A stretch of DNA of 64,000 nt from Candidatus Poribacteria bacterium (GTDB lineage: Bacteria > Poribacteria > WGA-4E > PCPOR2b), in contig OZ245030.1 of assembly GCA_965223985.1 (NCBI GenBank), positions 1,924,029 through 1,988,028 on the forward strand, read 5' to 3'. This document shows positions 50,210-57,917 of this stretch, piece by piece. Position numbers and translations under genes: made by a program. Each line of letters begins with the position of its first letter. Within the stretch, counting starts at the first letter, position 1. The notes below the pieces were generated by a model. The model saw nothing but the letters and a program-made list of their open reading frames with translations, had not been told where the DNA came from and did no database searches.

Positions 50210-50692
50210 ATGCCAACAACAGTCACTGTAGCTGAGATTGCGGACATGATAGGTGTCGATGACGCCATTATCAGGCGAACCCTTGATCGCCGTGATGACG
50301 ATCTTCAGCCCTATCTGCATGGAAACTCTGAGGTCATAGAACTAAACGAAAGGGCGACCGATGCGCCGGTTTCCGAACCGCCAACGCCGCTATTGGATTT
50401 AGAGGGGCTGCCGCTCCTGATCACGAAACTAGCTTTTAATATTCCCACATTGGACATTATCGAAAATCTTGCCTGCCAAGTGTTGCATCTCACAGTCCTG
50501 CGAGAGGAAAACACAGACCTGACGATTAACAACCAAGAACTTCAAGATCGAAATGAGCAACTGCAAGACTGTATTAAAGATTTACAGCATCAAGTTTCGG
50601 AACTTCAAGGCGAATTAACCCGGCAAGCAGAGATGCAATCTCGCAAATGGTTTCACAGATTTTTCAGCCGCCGCCAATCAGATCGTTCTTAA
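50210..50692 (+). CDS. Hypothetical coiled-coil protein
   Basis: 160 aa, heptad-rich C-terminus. Confidence 0.35.
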   Translation: MPTTVTVAEIADMIGVDDAIIRRTLDRRDDDLQPYLHGNSEVIELNERATDAPVSEPPTPLLDLEGLPLLITKLAFNIPTLDIIENLACQVLHLTVLREENTDLTINNQELQDRNEQLQDCIKDLQHQVSELQGELTRQAEMQSRKWFHRFFSRRQSDRS

Positions 50693-50777
50693 GGTTATTC
50701 GCTGTCGTCAGATTGGAACTTTCCCAGAATCCGTATTTTCCAATTATAGCATAGTTTCACTCAGCTTATCTACACTT

Positions 50778-51503
50778 TTGGGTTCTTCCTCAATGAAAAA
50801 GAATCGTAATCAACTCATCGCACTTGGAACGCTAATTGTTGGCTTGGTCTTTCTGTATCAACCCCGATATATCCTTCTTAAGGGGATTGCGTTGCCGCTT
50901 TTATCCCTGTCTGCAATCTTATCATCAACTTCCTTTTCCAAAAGACGAATCGTCGAGATCACTGCTGCGGTTGTGCTAGCCGCCGGATTAACATTTCTCT
51001 ATCTACCGGTATCAATGGAGTCGTCCATCCCTTCGATTCTACACGGGTCAGCTTTTCACCTGCTGTTTGCCAGCGCCATCGCTTTCGGTATGACAACGCA
51101 CCTGAAAAAATCAGCGGCAACTGTGGCAGCGATTATCGCCGTCATTGGACTGGTATTCCTTTATCAACCCTATCTTTTTCTGTTCACGCTGGAACTGCCA
51201 GATGAGTTCTATGCTCTCACACAGTTGGAGGATGCGATTCGTACCGAAGGTTACCAACTGAAAGGGCACTTCTTTCAACTCTCTCTCACGCTAAAGAACT
51301 CCGCACTCCATCTGATGCTGACAGGTATGATTGTCCTTGCGATTGTGTCACCACGGAAGGTGTTAATCGAACGCATATCGCTCGGCGGGATTACACTCGG
51401 ATTGGTCTTTCTCTGTCAACCTTTTTGGATCCTACTTTACCAGACAAGCTTCCAGATTCTATTGGGGGGGTTGACCGCATTCATTGTCGTCGCACACCGG
51501 TAG
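50778..51503 (+). CDS. Polytopic membrane protein with four internal repeats (hypothetical)
   Basis: 241 aa; repeated LVFLYQP(R/Y)…LL units about every 55 aa. Confidence 0.4.
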   Translation: MGSSSMKKNRNQLIALGTLIVGLVFLYQPRYILLKGIALPLLSLSAILSSTSFSKRRIVEITAAVVLAAGLTFLYLPVSMESSIPSILHGSAFHLLFASAIAFGMTTHLKKSAATVAAIIAVIGLVFLYQPYLFLFTLELPDEFYALTQLEDAIRTEGYQLKGHFFQLSLTLKNSALHLMLTGMIVLAIVSPRKVLIERISLGGITLGLVFLCQPFWILLYQTSFQILLGGLTAFIVVAHR

Positions 51504-51527
51504 GATATCCTGGGTTGCCACCTGTTT

Positions 51528-52079
51528 TCAGATGTGGGTGTGTGCCCAAGTGTGGAGTTGGCGACAATCTTCCGGCGGGGCGCCGTTTTGGAGCCAGACG
51601 AGGGGTTCTTCTTCTGTAAAGACCGGATTCACCCAAACAATGTGTCGGATTTCACCAACATGTTGAGTGGCTCGAGCGAAGCACACCCGGGCAGTTTCAT
51701 CGAGCGAAATGATGGTCTGGTCAGTTTCCCGTGCTGCTTCGAGAAGGTGAAAATCTTTCCGCATCGCTTCAACCTCATTTTCGCCGGTTGCTATCCCTTC
51801 AATTCTGTCGCGCAATGCACGATTTACAAGAGGTTCGACATAATCAAATCTCTTTCTGGCAATCATCGATCTCAGCCATGTGGCTGTAAACATTGATTGG
51901 TGCGCATTCCATTCCTCGGAAAGTTCGGGCGACATCACAATGTGATGTCGGCATTCGTCCCGAAAGGTTTCGAGAAATTCGGTGCAGTTGATTGATACTG
52001 AAGCCGTTGCATCTTCCCCACCAGCAGCTCTTGCAATCGAAGCATTCACAACAAGCCGTTTCAAATCCCTTGATTGCAT
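51528..52079 (-). CDS. Small partner protein of the AAA ATPase (RloB/DUF4276-like candidate)
   Basis: 183 aa; starts 2 nt after the ATPase stop on the same strand. Confidence 0.35.
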   Translation of the reverse strand: MQSRDLKRLVVNASIARAAGGEDATASVSINCTEFLETFRDECRHHIVMSPELSEEWNAHQSMFTATWLRSMIARKRFDYVEPLVNRALRDRIEGIATGENEVEAMRKDFHLLEAARETDQTIISLDETARVCFARATQHVGEIRHIVWVNPVFTEEEPLVWLQNGAPPEDCRQLHTWAHTHI

Positions 52080-52080
52080 A

Positions 52081-53409
52081 TTATGTTTTTTCAGCCAAAC
52101 GCGATTGGGCTGCCTTGATATAACGACTCTGCGCTTTCAAATCGACATCATCAAAGTCCTCGGGCCAATCCCCGTAAGCTCCTGCATCGTCCAGATCGGC
52201 GGTGTTGATTTCGGTGGCACCATTTTCACCTCGTGTGAACCAATGCAGCTTCACCAACTCCGGCGAGAGGTCGCCTTTAGCGACAAGTGTTTGAACCGCT
52301 AGAAGCAGCCGCGAACTGTGAGTTTCCGCGACGATACGGACACCGCGTTTCGCTGCATCTGATAACACTTGCGCCAACGCGACCTGCGCGCGCGGGTGTA
52401 GGTGCATCTCCGGCTGTTCGAGGTAGACCAACCGCCCCGGCTCCGCGACAATTAGGGCAACTAAAACGGGCAGGATTTGGGACACACCGAATCCCACATC
52501 GGCGATGCTGACCATGTCCGTTTCGCCGGTTCCGGGGTGAGGGAGACGGCCGACTTGAAGTTCGATGCGGGTATCGCCGATCTTTTTGGTACCGACGTGT
52601 CCTGTCAGTCCAAGTGCATGGAGGGCATCGGCTAACGTATTCAGACGTTCATCTGTTGTCTCCTGCCAACTGTGAATAATACTCGCAACGTAATTTTCAA
52701 ACGTGCCGGGATACTTTGAACCGGTGCTGGTCAGTTTGTAGAGGCGTTCTGGATTGCCTCGTAGTCCGGGAAGGTGAATGCTGTTGAAAATATTGGACTG
52801 AAAGGAAGGGGAAGGATCGTTAAACACAAATCCACCATCTTCAGATTCAAGACGCAAAAAACATCTTAAACGCTTTACAACAAGATTTTTGCCAATCGAC
52901 TTGAGCATCGAATCTAGGTCAGCCTGTAACTCGATTGCTTCAAGTGGCATCCCGGGTTTTAGTGTAAGATGTTCGTCAGGTCTAGTTCTGAATTTAAATT
53001 TTCTCGTCATCTCGACAAGTTCAATCCCACTCCGTACCCTTCTGAAAATCGTTCTTACCGACACGGACTGATTAGTCTCAATCTCAATCTGAAAGCAATC
53101 TTCTCTGTCTTCATGGGTTAACTTGGACAAAAATTGCTCCGCCGATGTAAACTGAACGTTAGGTCCCTCAAGCAACAGCGGTCCCGGATCATACGGCGCC
53201 TCCAGCGTCTGCTTCAGCATCAATAACGGTTGCATAATGCTCGATTTTCCAGAACTGTTCGCACCGGCAAGAATCGTCAGCGGACGAATGTCGATTGCGC
53301 ACTCGTTTGCAAGCGGCTTGAAGCCGCTCACGGCTATCTTGGTAATGCCTTCGACCGTTTCCTTCGACATGCGTGAAGTAACCTTTTCACTGTTGAAAAT
53401 GTGAGACAA
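52081..53409 (-). CDS. AAA/ABC-type ATPase of defence-system type (AAA_15/AAA_21 with DUF3696-like C-terminus)
   Basis: N-terminal LTILAGANSSGKSS P-loop; C-terminal …GFGVSQILPVLVALIVAEPGRLVYLEQPEMHLHP… signature. Confidence 0.6.
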   Translation of the reverse strand: MSHIFNSEKVTSRMSKETVEGITKIAVSGFKPLANECAIDIRPLTILAGANSSGKSSIMQPLLMLKQTLEAPYDPGPLLLEGPNVQFTSAEQFLSKLTHEDREDCFQIEIETNQSVSVRTIFRRVRSGIELVEMTRKFKFRTRPDEHLTLKPGMPLEAIELQADLDSMLKSIGKNLVVKRLRCFLRLESEDGGFVFNDPSPSFQSNIFNSIHLPGLRGNPERLYKLTSTGSKYPGTFENYVASIIHSWQETTDERLNTLADALHALGLTGHVGTKKIGDTRIELQVGRLPHPGTGETDMVSIADVGFGVSQILPVLVALIVAEPGRLVYLEQPEMHLHPRAQVALAQVLSDAAKRGVRIVAETHSSRLLLAVQTLVAKGDLSPELVKLHWFTRGENGATEINTADLDDAGAYGDWPEDFDDVDLKAQSRYIKAAQSRLAEKT

Positions 53410-53439
53410 CCATCAGATAGCATCGTCGTAACTCAACAT

Positions 53440-54738
53440 TTACGGCTGAGGGGAGACTGATATTGCATTGATTCGTTCCGGCAGGTTTGGAGCGAGGACG
53501 TTCTCGAAAGCGTTAGGCAACGATGCACTCAAATTTGTTTCCATTTCTCTGGCAGCCGTACGGTCGTATGTGGTTTTTTTGTGTGTTCCTATGTGTAACG
53601 ACACTTCGTCGCGATCGGCATAATTGGGATTCAGTTGTATGGCTTTATTATAGTCTTCAGCCGCGCGGTCAACCTCGCCTTTGACATCGTAGGCAATACT
53701 GCGATTGTAATAGGCATCTGCATAATCTGATTTGAGCTGTATCGCTTTGTCAAAGTCAGTGATGGCACGGTCAACTTCGCCTTTGCGACCATAAACCAGA
53801 CCACGACAGCAATATGCGTCGGCGTGATTCGGCTTCAACTGTATGGCTTTTTTGAAGTCTGTGATGGCAAGGTCATACTCGCCTTTATCATCTTGAATGA
53901 CGCCACGATTATGATATGCGTCGGCGTCATTCGGCTTCAATTGTATGGCGGTATTATAGTCTGTGATGGCAAGGTCATACTCGCCTCTGTTTCGATAAGT
54001 CAAGCCCCGATTGTAATAGGCGTCGGCATAATTGGGATTCAGTTGTATGGCTTTGTTGAAGTCTGTGATGGCAAGGTTGTATTCGCTCATTTTATCGTAA
54101 ACATTGCCCCGGTTGTTATACGCTTTGGCGTCATTCGGTTCCAGCTGTATTGCTCGGTTATAGTCTGCGATGCTGTGGTTATACTCGCCTCTGTCAAGGT
54201 AGACAGCCCCGCGGTTGAAATAGGCCTCCGGGAAATCCGGATTAAGACTAATTGCTCTGTTAAAGTCGCTGATAGCCCGATCATACTCTCCTTTGTCCCA
54301 GTAGATACAGCCGCGACTGTAATAGGGGTAGGCATTATTTGGCTTTAATTGTATGGCTTTGTTAAAGTCGTCGATGAAATTATCATAATCGCCTTTATGA
54401 TGGTAAACTAAACCACGAAAGTAATAGGCCTCCGCACAGGGGTTCAGTTCTATTGCAGTGTTATATTCCTCAAGGGCTAGATCATATTCTTCAAGTAAGT
54501 AGTACATTAAGCCGCTCAATGAACGTACTTTGTAAATGAGGTCTTTGTTCTCTGGCTGCGCATTGGCGATACTTTGGAGTGCTATCAGGAACGCGGCATT
54601 GTCACCGTCTTTCTGATATTCTTCTGCTGAAGTTTGGAGATAAACGATTGCTTCATCGTAGTCGGCAAGTCTTTCGACTAGGTAATCGCGGTATTTTCTC
54701 ATTTGCCTCATTTTGAGTCCTCCTTGTATTCCTGCCAA
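53440..54738 (-). CDS. TPR-repeat protein with antitoxin (HigA-type antidote)-like N-terminal segment
   Basis: About nine TPR units (AYYNRG…GEYD.AI.D(F/Y)NKAIQL.PN…); N-terminus MRQMRKYRDYLVERLADYDEAIVYLQTSAEEYQKDGDNAAFLIALQSIANAQ resembles the start of addiction-module antidote proteins; 31-nt overlap with the upstream toxin gene. Confidence 0.5.
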   Translation of the reverse strand: MAGIQGGLKMRQMRKYRDYLVERLADYDEAIVYLQTSAEEYQKDGDNAAFLIALQSIANAQPENKDLIYKVRSLSGLMYYLLEEYDLALEEYNTAIELNPCAEAYYFRGLVYHHKGDYDNFIDDFNKAIQLKPNNAYPYYSRGCIYWDKGEYDRAISDFNRAISLNPDFPEAYFNRGAVYLDRGEYNHSIADYNRAIQLEPNDAKAYNNRGNVYDKMSEYNLAITDFNKAIQLNPNYADAYYNRGLTYRNRGEYDLAITDYNTAIQLKPNDADAYHNRGVIQDDKGEYDLAITDFKKAIQLKPNHADAYCCRGLVYGRKGEVDRAITDFDKAIQLKSDYADAYYNRSIAYDVKGEVDRAAEDYNKAIQLNPNYADRDEVSLHIGTHKKTTYDRTAAREMETNLSASLPNAFENVLAPNLPERINAISVSPQP

Positions 54739-55046
54739 TATGCTTTTGCCCGTTTAATATCTCGACCTTGCGAAGATTTGTCCCCGCCGTAGAGTAGCAG
54801 CACAATAGTATTTCCTACTTGTCCAAAATAGACGCGATAGCCTGGACCAAAGTGGCAACGGAGTTCAAACACACCACCGCCAACTGAATCGCAGTTACTC
54901 AAATTACCAGATTCGATGCGGTCTATACCGGCTTGAATTCTAGTTCGTGTCTTTAGATCTGGAATTGATTCAAACCATTGGGTAAAGGGCTCTTGACCGT
55001 TTGGGGTACGGTAGATTTCTAGTTCTCTTGGTTGTACAACGGGCAT
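54708..55046 (-). CDS. Type II toxin, RelE/ParE superfamily (HigB-like addiction-module killer)
   Basis: 112 aa; sequence pattern of the addiction-module killer family (…EIYRTPNGQEPFTQWFESI…VGGGVFELRCHFGPGYRVYF…). Confidence 0.6.
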   Translation of the reverse strand: MPVVQPRELEIYRTPNGQEPFTQWFESIPDLKTRTRIQAGIDRIESGNLSNCDSVGGGVFELRCHFGPGYRVYFGQVGNTIVLLLYGGDKSSQGRDIKRAKAYWQEYKEDSK

Positions 55047-55520
55047 TTCTGATATCGAAGCTATATGTAAAAGCTAAACAGAACATCGGCACGAGACGCA
55101 CAGTTTGGAGTATCTTCCACGCGGAGATGGTTTCATCATCCTGAAAATGTGATTGATACATTATACCACACGTAAAACGGGCGTGCAAACGGTCGAAAAC
55201 GCGCTGATTAGCAGTTGCCACGTATTCTGCGCACAACTTTACATCGTCTCCTCTGTTGAATGGGATGCTTGCTTGGAAATCACGGTTTGGCTTCGTTTTG
55301 GGTTCGTTTCGCAAAAACAGGTTTGGCGCTTTCACATTGTGCGTGCCGAAAGATTTGCAAAGTTGCACTGTGAGGGCGTTCACAAGGGATTACCCTACAA
55401 TGCAAAAGGTAACCCCCCTAGCCCCCTTATCAGTGGGGAATTTGTTGGCGGAAAATTTGGCTTCGTTTCGTAAAAACGATCTAGTCTTGAGATTCCGCTT
55501 TCCGGCGCCGTTACAGCTCT

Positions 55521-55715
55521 TCCAGCTTTTGTAGGTTGGGTAGAGCCGAAAGCGAAACCCAACGATCAACTGAGCGAATAGCGAAGGCGATAGTCTTCAC
55601 CGACACCAAAACTATCGCTCTCCCTTTTCGTTCGCTTGATCCTTCGCTATCCGCTCAGTTGATCCCTCGTTATTCACTCGGTTGATTGCTCAACCCAACC
55701 TACAAGAGTTGTGCG
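55521..55715. repeat. Long imperfect inverted repeat (~60-bp arms, ~50-bp centre), MITE-like or structured element
   Basis: Arms share TTGTAGGTTGGGT(A/T)GAGC and ATCAACTGAGCG(A/G)ATAGCGAAGG in opposite orientation; non-coding. Confidence 0.5.
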
Positions 55716-55943
55716 AACTCGGAGTCGCGCTCTTTGGCTTCGCCGACCGGAATCACCGTCGCTTGCGCGACCAATCCGTGCTTTAGGGCGTTCATTTTTG
55801 ACTTTTCTTTGCCCGCTTGAGTTTTGAAGAGGTGTTACACGATTTAGACGCGAAAAATGAACGTAATTAACGGATTCAGGCTTGAACCTTTTGCCGATTG
55901 ATATTTGCACAGCCAACTATGTTATGGTCAAGCGGAACACCAG

Positions 55944-56288
55944 TTAAAGGTTAAAATCACTTTTCTGAATAGATTCAGGAAGGTTAACAACAATTCCTTG
56001 TTTTGTGTATCTTTTTTTGGGAATTGAAAGCGTATCTGCCCCCTCATAAATTGCTTCCAATATCCAACATTGGGCTAAATCCCAAAGTTCTTTATTATCC
56101 GTTAATAAGATAAGGTTCAATGTTTTGGTTTTAGTTGTTAATTTTTTGCTTGTAGAATCCAAATTATCAAAAAGCCCAATAAAATACTTAGGTGGATTAG
56201 CAAAAAATTCTCCTGCTGAAAGAGGTTCTATTCCTTTACCCGTTGCATCGACATCATACACCTTTCCATTCATGTTTTCAACCTTCAT
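55944..56288 (-). CDS. Hypothetical small protein
   Basis: ORF 55944-56396, likely start 56288 (MKVENMNGK) after AGGAGG; AT-rich context. Confidence 0.35.
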   Translation of the reverse strand: MKVENMNGKVYDVDATGKGIEPLSAGEFFANPPKYFIGLFDNLDSTSKKLTTKTKTLNLILLTDNKELWDLAQCWILEAIYEGADTLSIPKKRYTKQGIVVNLPESIQKSDFNL

Positions 56289-56510
56289 CCTGAGCCTCCT
56301 TGCGTATTGGCGTTTTACGATTTGGGTCATATACAACAGCAACACGCATTGTATCCATATCCGAACGTAGTTGCTTAATCTCATCCCTAACATCATCTAC
56401 CCGTTTATTTAAGTGTGAAGATGTGGATTTAACTATAGCCCATACTCCGCCAACAATTGCCACAATTATAACTACCGCATTACCCAACGATATTTCTAAA
56501 TTCAAATTCT
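56278..56510 (-). CDS. Hypothetical small membrane protein
   Basis: Likely start 56510 (MTLENLNLEISLGNAVVIIVAIVGG…) after GGAGA; one TM helix plus coiled tail. Confidence 0.35.
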
Positions 56511-56671
56511 CCAAAGTCATAATTAATCTCCTTTTAGGTTTAGGTAGATTATAGCACAACATACCGCTTTGGATTTCCACACACAAAACAATACGATTCC
56601 CCTTGACATAATACAGAATAAATGCGATCATTCAGATCCTGTCGTAGGTTGGATTCTGATTGATACGATTT

Positions 56672-57451
56672 TCAAGGTTGTTTGCGTAAATCGACTATGC
56701 GTAGTAGGTGACTGGCAAGGATTATCATCTCAGCCGCTTCTTCTGCGGTAACAGTGACATTTCGGTGACTGTGAGGATTTTTGAAATAGCCGATTGCTCC
56801 GGCAAATAGGGCCGATAGAGCCTGTTTTTCTGACTCGGGTTGATTATGATCGGTTAGTTTACCATTTGTAACATTAAATGCTGTACGCATCAGATTAGCT
56901 CCGAAATCCGTTTGGGCATAGTTCCCAGCGTTGCGGACAGCGATTTCCACCTCTTTGAACGCTTGAAAGACCGCAGTGTCATAGTCCCCTCGTAAGAACA
57001 GCGGCCAGACTTTTTGAGCGATTATGGGGTGAAGTTGGCGTTTGGGTAAAAGGTCTCCCTTGCGAAATGCCTCAAACTCCTCATGCGTTTTGATCGTTTT
57101 GCCGCGTCGGGTAACGAAGTATCTAACTGTTGTACCTGCGGAATTCACCCCTGGCAAACTTGTCGGTCTTGGAGCAATGAACCCTTCGCTCGCCAACCAC
57201 TGCCAAGCCTCCATAAGGGCAAAGATGATGTCTTCGCAAAGGGCGTTTGACATGGACTTGAATGAGTCTGGTATGTGCTTGGATTTGAGTGAATCTGACA
57301 TAAGATTAAATGAGATAACATCCTTTGGGGTTATGTCATCGCTACGCTCTAAAGACAGTAAGAGCGGACCGGCGAGTTCTTCTGGTTCAAGACTAAGTAA
57401 AGCCGTCACATCTGAAAACATTGAAAATAGCTTTTGGAAAATCGATTGCAT
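56672..57451 (-). CDS. TIGR02391/Abi_C-like protein (abortive-infection-associated family)
   Basis: C-terminus …AGAIGYFKNPHSHRNVTVTAEEAAEMIILASHLLRIVD matches the conserved RNxxxH C-terminal domain of this family. Confidence 0.5.
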   Translation of the reverse strand: MQSIFQKLFSMFSDVTALLSLEPEELAGPLLLSLERSDDITPKDVISFNLMSDSLKSKHIPDSFKSMSNALCEDIIFALMEAWQWLASEGFIAPRPTSLPGVNSAGTTVRYFVTRRGKTIKTHEEFEAFRKGDLLPKRQLHPIIAQKVWPLFLRGDYDTAVFQAFKEVEIAVRNAGNYAQTDFGANLMRTAFNVTNGKLTDHNQPESEKQALSALFAGAIGYFKNPHSHRNVTVTAEEAAEMIILASHLLRIVDLRKQP

Positions 57452-57500
57452 AGTTACGATTTTTCACTCCCCAAACAGATTGAACAGCAAAACTTTGTTT

Positions 57501-57917
57501 CTAGCAAAAGTAGGATATCCCGACTTGATAAAGCAACATCCCTGTATTGATAATAAGAGCAACACCGAAGAACAGTGTTCTGGAAGTTTGATCTCTTGGT
57601 GTTTTCATATCGTCATCATCCAGTAAAGAATGTGCGTGAAAACCTAAATGGATTTCAATCTCTTTCATCACGTCGAATCGCTGATGAATCCTTTCTCTGT
57701 AGCACAATGACAGCAAAAACCAGAATGACAATAGTTGCACAATCCCAGGATACACAAAGATGAATTTCAAGGCATCATTCGCTAAGGACAATGCGGATGC
57801 CCCGACTGACACAGGCAAGAAAATCTTGTCAAAGGACAGGACAGCCTGGGCATCATGCTTATTCCAAAAACTCAAATTTCGATATCCTTCTAGAATCAAC
57901 TCTTGTTGTTCAGTCAT
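57501..57917 (-). CDS. Small hypothetical membrane protein
   Basis: 138 aa; two or three TM helices; 8-nt overlap with methyltransferase ORF. Confidence 0.35.
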   Translation of the reverse strand: MTEQQELILEGYRNLSFWNKHDAQAVLSFDKIFLPVSVGASALSLANDALKFIFVYPGIVQLLSFWFLLSLCYRERIHQRFDVMKEIEIHLGFHAHSLLDDDDMKTPRDQTSRTLFFGVALIINTGMLLYQVGISYFC

